Positions 26,151-35,702 of a DNA stretch of 64,000 bases are shown piece by piece (position 1 is the first letter of the stretch; the number at the start of each line of letters is the position of its first letter). The translations under genes and the position numbers were made by a program. Source of the DNA: Lentisphaeria bacterium. Its GTDB lineage: Bacteria > Verrucomicrobiota > Lentisphaeria > JABSQK01 > JAWLHB01. Below the pieces are notes generated by a model. That model worked only from the letters and a program-made list of their open reading frames with translations, made no database searches and was not told the origin of the DNA. The stretch covers positions 1 to 64,000 of the forward strand of contig JAWLHB010000029.1 in the NCBI GenBank assembly GCA_041690595.1, read 5' to 3'.

Positions 26151-27545
26151 TTGGAAAGCATCGCGCAACGAAATATCCTGATCCTTGGCCTGGGCGATAG
26201 CGGTCTGGCTGCCTCTGAGCTCGCTCTTTTTCACGGGGCAACCGTCACCGCGCTGGACGGCGATACCAGCGATGGATTGCTGGAGCGTGCCAGTCGGCTG
26301 ACGAATCGCGGCGTCCACGTCATGCTCGACTATTGCACCACGTCTTGGCAGCAACGGGTGGACCTTGCCGTCATCAGTCCCGGCATTTCACCTGAGAGCG
26401 AGCTGGGCCTCCTGGCCGCCGCTCTGCCTTGCCCAGTCATCAGTGAGTTGGAGTTTGCCTTCCGATTCTGCTCATGCCCCATCCTCGCCGTAACCGGTAC
26501 CAATGGCAAGACAACCACGGTCGAACTCACCGTGCACTGCCTCAAGGGCGCCGGCCTCAAGGTCATGGCTGCCGGCAACATCGGCACCCCCCTTTCCGAG
26601 GCTGCACGCAAGAGCGCTGGTCTGGACTTTATCGTCGCCGAGGTCAGCTCCTTCCAACTCGAGCGCATCGAGCAGTTTACGCCCATAGCCGCTGCCCTCC
26701 TCAACATCAGCAGTGATCATCTCGACCGCTACCCGGACGAAGCCGCCTACCTGGCAACCAAGCTCCGGCTCTTCGCCAATATGACCTCCAATGAGCGCAT
26801 TATCCTCAACCGAAAGCTGCTCGACCGCGAGGAAATCCGCAAGGCCCTGCCGACCGGTGGGCACGGCCCCATCACCTTCGATGTCAACGGCGATGGCGGC
26901 GGAGCGAACTACTTCCTCGCGGAAGATGGCATGATTTGTCAAAAAATAGGCGATCAGGTGGAACCAGTTGTGGCGCGGAGCGATCTTAAGCTGACAGGCG
27001 ATCACAACGTCGAAAATGTATGCGCGGCGCTTGCCCTGTGTCACTTGGCAGGTGTGGACATGAAGACAAGTGCGCGGCTGGTGAAGCGCTTCGCTCCAAA
27101 TGCTCATCGACTTGAACTGGTTACGGTTCATGGGGGGGTGAAGTACATCAACGATTCCAAAGCGACCAATCCGGATGCGTTGATCCAGGCGTTGCGGACC
27201 TGCCAGGCCAATGGACCAAGGCGCAATGGAAAAATTGTGCTGATTGCCGGCGGTAAAGATAAACGAATGGACTTCTCTCCGGTGAAGCCGTATCTTGCAC
27301 AATGGGTTCGGGCGGTCGTTCTGATCGGCGAGACCAAGGAACAGCTGGCCACACTTTGGGGCGATGACGTCCCATGCATGAAATTCACGTCCATGGCTGC
27401 CTGCGTCGATGCCGCCATCGACCTCGCACAGACCGGTGATACCGTCCTGCTCTCGCCGGGATGCGCCAGCCAGGATATGTTTACCAACTACGCCGATCGC
27501 GGCAACACTTTCAGCCAGGAAGTCAAAAGGAGGCTTGGAGAATAA
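26151..27545 (+). CDS. murD: UDP-N-acetylmuramoyl-L-alanine--D-glutamate ligase
   Basis: ILGLGDSG, AVTGTNGKTTT, EVSSFQL, DHLDRY, NDSKATN and LLSPGCASQD; TTG start. Confidence 0.95.
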   Translation: MESIAQRNILILGLGDSGLAASELALFHGATVTALDGDTSDGLLERASRLTNRGVHVMLDYCTTSWQQRVDLAVISPGISPESELGLLAAALPCPVISELEFAFRFCSCPILAVTGTNGKTTTVELTVHCLKGAGLKVMAAGNIGTPLSEAARKSAGLDFIVAEVSSFQLERIEQFTPIAAALLNISSDHLDRYPDEAAYLATKLRLFANMTSNERIILNRKLLDREEIRKALPTGGHGPITFDVNGDGGGANYFLAEDGMICQKIGDQVEPVVARSDLKLTGDHNVENVCAALALCHLAGVDMKTSARLVKRFAPNAHRLELVTVHGGVKYINDSKATNPDALIQALRTCQANGPRRNGKIVLIAGGKDKRMDFSPVKPYLAQWVRAVVLIGETKEQLATLWGDDVPCMKFTSMAACVDAAIDLAQTGDTVLLSPGCASQDMFTNYADRGNTFSQEVKRRLGE

Positions 27546-28696
27546 TGAAACGGCACACACTCATCAACGTCCTGAAAAAAACCGGCGTGGCGACCATGTC
27601 GGCACTGGCGCTGGGAGCCGGCGTCACCGGCTGTGCCAGCAAATCGGGCATTCTGGGCGCACCCGGCGTGCCACCACCCGTGACCGCCCCCACATCCAAT
27701 AATCAAACCCAGTTTCACTCCCCGACCCCCGCCTACACGGGCGTCACCACCATGCCCAGTATCGAGGATATCGACATTCGCCAGCCCGCCAATGACGGAG
27801 GGCCGATTATCGATGTACCCGATACCGTGCAACCCAGCACCGTCATTGCGCCCCCGCCAATCGCCGAGCCGCCCGTGACTGACCTCGTCGTTGAACCGCC
27901 GACTACCGCGAAAGCGCCGGCACTTCCAGTCGCCGAGCCTCCGCCGCTCACCTACAAGGTGGAGAAGAACGACAATCTGTGGAAGATAGGACGCATGTAC
28001 GGCGTCTCGATGCAGGAAATCGCGGCCGTCAACAACCGCGACCTCAATGCCGTCCTGGCCGAAGGAACCGTCCTCAAGCTGCCCCCCGGCGCCCGCTTCG
28101 TCCCCGAATCGGAACGTCCCCCCATCAAGAAGCCCGTACAGGTCAAGCGTCCTGCTCCTCCCCCCGCCGAGCCATCGACCACAAAATACGCTGCCTCCAA
28201 GCCCGTTCCCTCCGGCGGCAAGTATACCGTGCAACCTGGCGACACCCTGTCTGAGATTGCCAAGATGTTCGGCCTCTCCGTCAAGGGCATCATGGACATG
28301 AATGAACTCAAGGATTCCAAGATCTTTCCGAAGCAAACCCTGATCGTGGGAGCCGGTACCACGGCCGCTACTCAGCAGACACCCCCCACCGCCACTCAGC
28401 AGAAAACACCTTCCGCCGCTGCCGACGCGACCGGCGAGAATGCCACCCCCGGTCTCCCAGACGAGGATCTGGGAGCGACTGCTATCGAAGAAGGCGAAGC
28501 CATCGAAGGTGAGACCGCCGCGACCGATTCGAACGTGCGCGTCTACCCGCACTGGTGCCTCAAGGGCGATACCCTGGAAAGCATTGCCGAGATGTACGAA
28601 ACGAAGGTGGATTGGATTCTCAAATCCAACCCCGGCATCACGAGCGAGACGGATCTGGAAGGCAAGAAGCTCGACGTACCCGTCGTCAACAAGTAA
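27545..28696 (+). CDS. LysM-domain lipoprotein (3 LysM domains, Pro-rich linkers)
   Basis: Lipobox-like VTGC; YKVEKNDNLWKIG, YTVQPGDTLSEIA and KGDTLESIA; TAATG overlap with murD. Confidence 0.88.
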   Translation: MKRHTLINVLKKTGVATMSALALGAGVTGCASKSGILGAPGVPPPVTAPTSNNQTQFHSPTPAYTGVTTMPSIEDIDIRQPANDGGPIIDVPDTVQPSTVIAPPPIAEPPVTDLVVEPPTTAKAPALPVAEPPPLTYKVEKNDNLWKIGRMYGVSMQEIAAVNNRDLNAVLAEGTVLKLPPGARFVPESERPPIKKPVQVKRPAPPPAEPSTTKYAASKPVPSGGKYTVQPGDTLSEIAKMFGLSVKGIMDMNELKDSKIFPKQTLIVGAGTTAATQQTPPTATQQKTPSAAADATGENATPGLPDEDLGATAIEEGEAIEGETAATDSNVRVYPHWCLKGDTLESIAEMYETKVDWILKSNPGITSETDLEGKKLDVPVVNK

Positions 28697-28717
28697 GCAG
28701 TCCATTCAGCAGCTTTC

Positions 28718-28759
28718 AGCGCCACCGATGCCGGCCAGGTATCGGTGGCGCTTTTCTTT
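28718..28759 (+). terminator. Rho-independent terminator after the LysM gene
   Basis: AGCGCCACCGATGCC-loop-GGTATCGGTGGCGCT followed by TTTCTTT. Confidence 0.8.
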
Positions 28760-28804
28760 GCCGCCGCATGGTAGGCCCGCACAGTGCAAAAAAGCGGCGA
28801 TCTA

Positions 28805-28833
28805 TTGATTCGCAGACGCGATTCCTGTATAGT
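28805..28833 (+). promoter_or_regulatory. Sigma70-like promoter
   Basis: TTGATT-N17-TATAGT, 57 bp upstream of the ATG at 28891. Confidence 0.5.
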
Positions 28834-28890
28834 TGATCTCTTCCAAAGCAGGGACTCGGAAAGACCAACCCCCAGTCGATTGATCCAGCC

Positions 28891-29598
28891 ATGACCAGCG
28901 CGACCAATACATGTGCGTGCCGCAGCATGGAAAAGCCCATCGGAAAGTGTTTCCGCTGCGGCAATCAGCTGTGTGAGCGATGCGTGACCTTCATTTCCGG
29001 GCAGGCTATATGTTCAACCTGTGCCCGCGATCATGAAGAGACCATCGTTCAGGAAGTGAGCAAGGCGCGGCGAAAGATCGATATTCAGGCTGGTGGCGAA
29101 GCCATGCCCCTCGACGAACTGACCATCAAGCGACGCCACCAGCTGCGCAAGCTCTGGCGCACCATCAGCAAGTGTTTCGAACAGGCCTGTCTGATTCTGG
29201 TCGCGGTCGGCTTCATCTTCGGCCTCGTCTTCTTCTCGCATATCATGGATTTTGCGGCGAGTTACGCGCTGTCGGCGGCGGCGACGAACCGTCAGAATCC
29301 ATTGGCAAAGCTCGTCATCGCGGCCAGCGCCAGAATCGATTCCACCTACAGGCGTTACAATCCCGCCATTGGCCACTATCTCAGCTTCATCCAGCTTTAT
29401 CCCAAGGATGAAAATCTGCCCAGCTACTACTATCAGGTCGGGCTATGCTTTCTCTACAAGAAAGACTACCGCCTGGCCAGGCATTTCATCACCGAGTTCA
29501 CCCAGCGCGCACCAGACCATGCCGCTCATCGCGAAGCCCTGAATAAACTCGACATTATCGATCGTTTCCTCGCGCTCAGGGAAGTATCCGCGGACTGA
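28891..29598 (+). CDS. B-box-like zinc finger + transmembrane + TPR-like protein
   Basis: CxC...CFRC...LCERC...ICSTC; one TM segment; FIQLYP...YYQVGLCF...A..F TPR-like tail. Confidence 0.7.
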   Translation: MTSATNTCACRSMEKPIGKCFRCGNQLCERCVTFISGQAICSTCARDHEETIVQEVSKARRKIDIQAGGEAMPLDELTIKRRHQLRKLWRTISKCFEQACLILVAVGFIFGLVFFSHIMDFAASYALSAAATNRQNPLAKLVIAASARIDSTYRRYNPAIGHYLSFIQLYPKDENLPSYYYQVGLCFLYKKDYRLARHFITEFTQRAPDHAAHREALNKLDIIDRFLALREVSAD

Positions 29599-29660
29599 GC
29601 CCACGACGCCCTCTCGCTTTCCCCCACAAAAAACCTGCAACCCCCAAAAGGAGTTACATC

Positions 29661-30251
29661 ATGTCCACACTCGTCACAAAGGAAGCACCCGACTTCACTG
29701 CCGCCGCCGTCATGGGCGATGGCAGCATCAACGAGGAATTCCGGCTCTCCTCACTGCGCGGACAGCACGTCATCCTCTACTTCTACCCCCTCGACTTCAC
29801 CTTCGTTTGCCCGTCGGAGATCATTGCCTTCGACAAGAAGCTGAAGGAATTCGAAGCGCGCAATTGTCAGGTTGTCGGTGTCTCCGTCGACTCGCAGTAC
29901 ACCCATTTCGCCTGGCGCAATACGCCGCGGAACCAGGGCGGCATTGGCGAGATCAAGTACCCACTGGTCGCCGACCTCGACAAGAGCATCGCGCGTAAAT
30001 ACGGCGTTCTCTTCAATGAGGCCGTCGCCCTTCGCGGTCTCTTCCTGATCGACAAGCAAGGCATCGTGCGCAGTGCCGTCATCAACGATCTGCCCCTCGG
30101 CCGTAGCGTCGATGAAGCGCTTCGCCTCGTCGATGCGCTGCAGTTCTTCGAAGAGAATGGCGAAGTCTGCCCCGCCAACTGGAAGAAGGGTGAAGAAGGG
30201 ATGGTTCCCACTGCCGCCGGCGTTGCCAAGTATCTCGCCAAGCATGGCTGA
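29661..30251 (+). CDS. ahpC: 2-Cys peroxiredoxin (AhpC/TsaA)
   Basis: FYPLDFTFVCPSE and GEVCPANW; AGGAG SD. Confidence 0.95.
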   Translation: MSTLVTKEAPDFTAAAVMGDGSINEEFRLSSLRGQHVILYFYPLDFTFVCPSEIIAFDKKLKEFEARNCQVVGVSVDSQYTHFAWRNTPRNQGGIGEIKYPLVADLDKSIARKYGVLFNEAVALRGLFLIDKQGIVRSAVINDLPLGRSVDEALRLVDALQFFEENGEVCPANWKKGEEGMVPTAAGVAKYLAKHG

Positions 30252-30280
30252 GTCCGATTAGTGACGCGCCAGCGTTCTAC

Positions 30281-30315
30281 GCCCCCGTTGCCGATCTCGG
30301 TAACGGGGGCTTTTT
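30281..30315 (+). terminator. Rho-independent terminator between convergent ahpC and ftsW
   Basis: GCCCCCGTTGCCGA-TC-TCGGTAACGGGGGC followed by TTTTT. Confidence 0.85.
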
Positions 30316-31546
30316 ACTGCTCCGAACCTGGCCTGGCATAGGTAACCAGGACCGGGTCGCGGTGGATCGGCTCGATGGTCACTTCCTGGATTTCGCCCGG
30401 CTGCGACGCCACACGCGCCACCCCGATCAGCAAGCCGATTCCCAACCAGGTCGCCAGCATGCTCGAGCCGCCATAGCTGATGAGCGGCGCTGTCACGCCG
30501 GTTGTCGGCAACAGGCCGCTCACCACGCCAAGATTGGCAAATCCATGCATGCCCAGGGAGAATCCTACCCCGAACCCAAGGAGCATTCCTTCCCGGTCCG
30601 CTGCGGTTATCCCGATGGCGAAGGCAAATCCCATCAGCAGCAGGTACAGCACGATCACCGTCAGTAGCCCAAAATATCCAAGCTCTTCACCGACAATCGC
30701 CAGAATGAAGTCCGTGTGCGCCTCGGGAAGGTAATACTCCTTCATGGTGCTTCGGTTGAACCCCACGCCCCGCCAGCTTCCCGAGCCTAACGCCAGTTGC
30801 GAATGATAGAGTTGGTAGCCGCCTTTCTTGGCATAAAGCTCCGGATTCCGGTATGTGGTCAAACGCCCCAAACGCTCCTTGCTTACGTACGTCACCGCCA
30901 GCAGCAGCGCCAGACCGGCGACGACAAAGATCAGAAAGTAGCGAAGCCGGATGCCGGCCACGAAGAGCATGGCCAGGACAACCGAGCCCGTGATCGCCGT
31001 GATGCTCAGACTCCCCCCCAGCAGCACGACCACCAGAACGCCACCCACCAGCGCCAGCGGTCGCAGCAGCCCCCTGCGCCAGTCATCCACATAGCGCGGA
31101 TTGGCGCTGTAGTAGTGGGCCAGAAAGAGGATGAGCAGGATCTTGGCAAACTCCGAAGGTTGAACCGTAAAGGGTCCGAAGTCCAGCCAGCGCCAGGCGC
31201 CACCGCGGGCGCCGCTGCCAATGATCGGAATGCTCCCCAGCCAGGCACTCGAGATGCCGGCCTTCTTCAGGACGATCTCCAGCGCATGCCCCAACGCCAG
31301 GAGGCAAAGGGGCACCGCCACCGCCAGTAACAGCCACAGACTCCAGCGCCCAAGCCGGCGATAGCCGACCAGGTTGATGGCGCACGCGCCGCACACACCG
31401 CCAACAATCCAGATGAACTGGCGCGTGAGCAGCCTTTCCGCCGCCATGTGTGCCGTGGTGGAGTAGAGCATGGCGATGCCGAAGGCCGTGAGCAGCGCCA
31501 CGGTCATCATCAGGCCATAAGGCGCTATGCGGCGCAAGGCATTCAT
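30314..31546 (-). CDS. ftsW: SEDS-family peptidoglycan glycosyltransferase (FtsW/RodA)
   Basis: GAWRW, QPSEFAK, GYQ, YLPEAHTDFI, PTTGVTAPLISYGGSS; start uncertain (31546-31612). Confidence 0.88.
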   Translation of the reverse strand: MNALRRIAPYGLMMTVALLTAFGIAMLYSTTAHMAAERLLTRQFIWIVGGVCGACAINLVGYRRLGRWSLWLLLAVAVPLCLLALGHALEIVLKKAGISSAWLGSIPIIGSGARGGAWRWLDFGPFTVQPSEFAKILLILFLAHYYSANPRYVDDWRRGLLRPLALVGGVLVVVLLGGSLSITAITGSVVLAMLFVAGIRLRYFLIFVVAGLALLLAVTYVSKERLGRLTTYRNPELYAKKGGYQLYHSQLALGSGSWRGVGFNRSTMKEYYLPEAHTDFILAIVGEELGYFGLLTVIVLYLLLMGFAFAIGITAADREGMLLGFGVGFSLGMHGFANLGVVSGLLPTTGVTAPLISYGGSSMLATWLGIGLLIGVARVASQPGEIQEVTIEPIHRDPVLVTYARPGSEQ

Positions 31547-31631
31547 GAGGCATTCATCCGAAAGGCGAATTTCACCGCCGGTGACGCCGCGCCCTCGCGG
31601 CATGCGGGGCACGGGCCGCCACCTTCACGTA

Positions 31632-32717
31632 CTACTTGGCGTCAGCGACTTCTTCGGCCTTCTCCTCGGCCGCCGGCTCTTTGACCGGCCCCCTGCGGAT
31701 GCCCGTCTTCTCGTATATCATGGTCAACAACTTTTCCGCCAGCTCCGCATTATCCTGAATGGTCACCTTCGACTGCTCGCGTCCCTGGCCGAGATGCTCT
31801 TCATCCAGAGAATACCAAGAGCCGCGCTTGTTGAGGATGCCCAGTTCCAGCGCCACGTCGAGAATTGATCCGGCGCGGGAAATGCCCTCGGAATACATGA
31901 TGTCGAACTCAGCCTTCTTGAAAGGAGGAGCCATCTTGTTCTTGACGACCTTCACCCGCACGCGGTTGCCAGTGATCTCGCCATTGGCCTCCTTGATCGC
32001 TTCGCTGCGCCGAATGTCGATGCGAACGGAGCTGTAAAACTTCAGCGCGTTACCGCCCGTTGTCGTCTCGGGATTGCCGAACATGACGCCGATCTTCTCA
32101 CGCATCTGGTTGGTGAAGATCAGGCAGGTCTTGCTCCGGCTCACCGCACCCGTCAGCTTCCGCAATGCCTGCGACATCAAACGCGCCTGCAGGCCGACGT
32201 GCGAATCGCCCATCTGCCCCTCGATTTCCGCCCGCGGCACCAGAGCAGCCACGGAGTCGACCACCAATACATCCAGTGCATTGCTTCGAACCAGCGTCTC
32301 CGCGATATTCAAGGCATCCTCACCACAGTCCGGCTGCGAGATGAGCAGATCACGCGTGTTGACCCCGATGACCTTCGCATAAGCCGGATCCATCGCGTGT
32401 TCACTGTCGATGAAGGCGGCAAGTCCACCGGCCTTCTGCGCGTTGGCGATGATGTGCAGACAAACCGTGGTCTTGCCGGAAGATTCCGGTCCATAGATTT
32501 CGCAGATTCGACCGCGCGGGACGCCGCCGATACCGAGCGCCAGATCGAGGGACAAAGCGCCGGTGCTGATGGTTGCCACCTGCTTGATCGGCTCGTCGCC
32601 GAGGCGCATGACTGTCCCTGTTCCGTATTCCTTCTCGATCTGCCCCAGGGCGATCTGCAGGCTCTTCTCGCGCATCTTGTCGGTCTGTTCGCCGCCGTTG
32701 TCTTTAGCCGCTGCCAT
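31632..32717 (-). CDS. recA: Recombinase A
   Basis: [30 protein letters not shown] and [11 protein letters not shown]. Confidence 0.99.
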   Translation of the reverse strand: MAAAKDNGGEQTDKMREKSLQIALGQIEKEYGTGTVMRLGDEPIKQVATISTGALSLDLALGIGGVPRGRICEIYGPESSGKTTVCLHIIANAQKAGGLAAFIDSEHAMDPAYAKVIGVNTRDLLISQPDCGEDALNIAETLVRSNALDVLVVDSVAALVPRAEIEGQMGDSHVGLQARLMSQALRKLTGAVSRSKTCLIFTNQMREKIGVMFGNPETTTGGNALKFYSSVRIDIRRSEAIKEANGEITGNRVRVKVVKNKMAPPFKKAEFDIMYSEGISRAGSILDVALELGILNKRGSWYSLDEEHLGQGREQSKVTIQDNAELAEKLLTMIYEKTGIRRGPVKEPAAEEKAEEVADAK

Positions 32718-32732
32718 GTTGTAGCTCCTTCG

Positions 32733-33986
32733 CTATCCTGTCGTTGCTGTTGCTTGAAAAGTGATGATGTGGCGGCGCAACTGGTCGATGGCGCTGCTCA
32801 CGGTTCGTTCCCGTACCCCTTGCCGGTCATACGGGTAGAGATGATGGGTGACAAGAAGGTCGCCCCGCACGCACGTGCCGATCCACACAGTACCTACCGG
32901 CTTCTCCGCCGTTCCACCGCCGGGGCCGGCAATCCCCGTGACCGAAATAGCCGCGTCGGTGGCAAAGCGCTCAGCCGCCCCCAGTACCATCTCGCCGGCT
33001 ACCTCTTCACTCACCGCACCATGTTCCGCCAGCGTTGCCGCCTTGACCCCGAGCAAACGTTCCTTCAGCTCGTTCGAATAGGTCACGGCACCGCCGACAT
33101 AGACATCCGAGACTCCCGCCAGCTCCGTCAGCCGCCAGCCAATGCCTCCGCCCGTGCAGGACTCCGCTGAGGAGAGGCGCCAGCCACGGGTTCGCAGCTC
33201 TTCGATCACCGATTCGATCGGCGTGACTTCGCCAAGTTGAAGATCGCCACCGAATTCCGCCTGCATGCACAGGGTCGCCTGCTCCAGCAATGCCACCTCG
33301 GCAATCGGCACCGTCAACCGGACCAGGCAACTGCCCCAGCGCGTACAGTACGATGGAACCACCCGCGGCAAGCCTATCAGGGCCGCCATCGTGCGATGCT
33401 CCACCGTCGACTCCGGAGTGCCGAAGACGGTCAGGTTCAACCGCTTTTCACGCGGCTTCAACCATGCCTGCAATCGCGGGAGTACGTTCTGGCGAAACAT
33501 GGGCTGTAATTCGCGCGGCGGCCCCGGCAGCATCACCAGCGCCACTGCTCCGTCATGCCACCAGACGCCCGGCGCGGTGCCCCAGTCATTGCGAACCGGT
33601 TCGGCGCCAATCGGCATGCACGCCTGCCGCTCGCAAGCGCGTGGCTTCGGCTCGACCCGTCGCTGCATGTACTTTGTCCGAATTTCGGCCACCACGGCTT
33701 CATCTATTGTCAGTTCGACACCGAGCGCCGCCGCTGCCACCTCTTTGGTGAGATCATCCGAAGTCGGGCCCAATCCACCGATGGTAATGACCGCTTCCGC
33801 CTCTCGCATCGCCTGGCTGAAGACGGCCTGCATCACCTCGGGTGTGTCGCCAATGCAGATCTCCCGATCGATCTGCAGACCGACGCGGTTCAGCTCCTGG
33901 CCAATGAATGCCAGGTTGGTGTTGATCGTTTCGCCAAGCAGCAGCTCCGTTCCGATCGAAATGACTGTTATCCCCTCTCGCTTCAC
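32733..33986 (-). CDS. cinA: CinA/PncC nicotinamide mononucleotide deamidase-related protein
   Basis: IGTELLLG, GGLGPTSDDLT, PGPPRE, AESCTGG and ITGIAGP-like VTGIAGPGGG; lies directly upstream of recA. Confidence 0.93.
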   Translation of the reverse strand: MKREGITVISIGTELLLGETINTNLAFIGQELNRVGLQIDREICIGDTPEVMQAVFSQAMREAEAVITIGGLGPTSDDLTKEVAAAALGVELTIDEAVVAEIRTKYMQRRVEPKPRACERQACMPIGAEPVRNDWGTAPGVWWHDGAVALVMLPGPPRELQPMFRQNVLPRLQAWLKPREKRLNLTVFGTPESTVEHRTMAALIGLPRVVPSYCTRWGSCLVRLTVPIAEVALLEQATLCMQAEFGGDLQLGEVTPIESVIEELRTRGWRLSSAESCTGGGIGWRLTELAGVSDVYVGGAVTYSNELKERLLGVKAATLAEHGAVSEEVAGEMVLGAAERFATDAAISVTGIAGPGGGTAEKPVGTVWIGTCVRGDLLVTHHLYPYDRQGVRERTVSSAIDQLRRHIITFQATATTG

Positions 33987-34206
33987 TGCCGCACCGCCTC
34001 ATCTGCTGCCGACTGTCGCCGACTGTTACTCAACCCATGGAACCCGCACGTGTAAACTATGGACGCCACCCCGAAAATCAAGTCCGGTACCGGCAAAAGG
34101 CGTCATCGTGGCTGCACCAGATAGTCTAGTATAGAATAGCGAGTTGCAAGGGCTTTGCAACCGCCGCCGGAAGAAAAAAGCGGAGCCTTGGAGGTGGGCG
34201 CGACGG

Positions 34207-35583
34207 CTACCGCCAGTCGCCGCGCAGAAGGCGCTGCCGGAACGCTCCGAGCAGGAGAGCCGGTGGGCTGACGGTCTCGTTGATGAAGCTGTCCAGTTCA
34301 TGGGCCAACTGATGGCAGGATGCATAGCGCTGGGCAGGCCCTTTCTTCAAAGCCTTCGCCAGAATCTGCTGCAGCCGCATCGGAAAATCGCTGCTCAGTT
34401 TTCGCGGCTCGGGCGGTCGTTCGAATTGAATCTGCTGCGCCAACTGGGCAATGGTCTGGCCGTCAAACGGGCGGCACCCCACCAGGAACTCATAGGCAAC
34501 GATACCAAAGGAGAAGATGTCCGCCGCGGAATCGATCTTCGGAGAGCGGAACGCTTCCGGAGACATGTAGGCTGGCGAACCGATCAGGTGCAGGTCGATC
34601 GTCAACTCCGAGCCCGGCACCAGCGCGATCCCGAAATCGGTGATCTTGACGTGCAGCTTGCTGTCGACGATGATGTTCCCCGGTTTGATGTCGCGATGGC
34701 AGATGTTCTTGTCATGAATGGCGGCCAGCGCGGCGGCCACCTGACGCAGGATGTACGCCTTCTCGCGATAGTCAAAACCATTCGCCGCTTCATTGCCAAG
34801 AAAATGCTGCAGCGTATTGCCGGAGACATGCTCCATGACGATATAGGGCGCCTGACGGTCCGGCGCCATGCCGAACTCGACGATCTCCACGATGTTCTCG
34901 TGCTTCACGCTCGCCGCCACCTCCGCCTCGCGAAAGAAACGTTCGAGCAGCGCCTGGCGGTTCTTGTTGCTGATCTTGTCCAGCTTCATGATCTTGAGGG
35001 CGAAGTCGCGATTTGCCGGATCGTTTTCACGCTGCGCCAGATAGACGGTGGCCATGCTTCCTTCGCCAAGAACCCGGTTGATCCGGTAGCCTGCGACGCT
35101 GTAATGCTCGAGTCGGTCCGGGTCGTCGACCACCTGCGTTCGGACCATGCCGTCATTGCGATCGCGAGCCTGCTTGCTGATCAGGGTCTTCTCCAGAAGT
35201 CGCTGGCGTTCGACCGCATAGCGCATCGCCTGGACGAGCCGATGACCGTTGACCTGTCCTTTCACCAGGAAATCCTGAGCGCCATCGCGGACGGCGCTGA
35301 GCGCGACACCGTCATCTTCCAGGCCGGTCAAGACCACCACCGGAACATCCGGATGCGCGTCGTGCAGCGTGTGGAAGGTCTGCAGTCCCTTGGCGTCCGG
35401 CAACGACAGGTCGAGCAGGACAAGATCGACATTCTCCTCGCGCAGCCGCCGCATTCCTTCGCCCAGCGTACCGTCGCAGACGATGACGACATCGGAAGCT
35501 TCCGCGTCCCGCAGGTGTTCCTGGAGCAGTCGGGCATCACCAGGATTGTCTTCAATCAGCAGTACGCGTAAAGGCTCGGACAT
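34207..35583 (-). CDS. Response-regulator receiver fused to a Hanks-type Ser/Thr kinase
   Basis: REC: LIEDN, LLDLSLPD, VLTG, FLVK. Kinase: LGEGSMA, ALK, HRDIKPGN, DFG, YMSPE. Confidence 0.92.
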   Translation of the reverse strand: MSEPLRVLLIEDNPGDARLLQEHLRDAEASDVVIVCDGTLGEGMRRLREENVDLVLLDLSLPDAKGLQTFHTLHDAHPDVPVVVLTGLEDDGVALSAVRDGAQDFLVKGQVNGHRLVQAMRYAVERQRLLEKTLISKQARDRNDGMVRTQVVDDPDRLEHYSVAGYRINRVLGEGSMATVYLAQRENDPANRDFALKIMKLDKISNKNRQALLERFFREAEVAASVKHENIVEIVEFGMAPDRQAPYIVMEHVSGNTLQHFLGNEAANGFDYREKAYILRQVAAALAAIHDKNICHRDIKPGNIIVDSKLHVKITDFGIALVPGSELTIDLHLIGSPAYMSPEAFRSPKIDSAADIFSFGIVAYEFLVGCRPFDGQTIAQLAQQIQFERPPEPRKLSSDFPMRLQQILAKALKKGPAQRYASCHQLAHELDSFINETVSPPALLLGAFRQRLLRGDWR

Positions 35584-35702
35584 GCTTGCTTCCACTTCCC
35601 ATTATTGCACGATAGCTACACCACCCACCACGCTATCACTATATGAAAATGGCTGACATAAGTCAACGTCAATCTCAGGAAGTGGATTGGTTCGCCGCCT
35701 GT

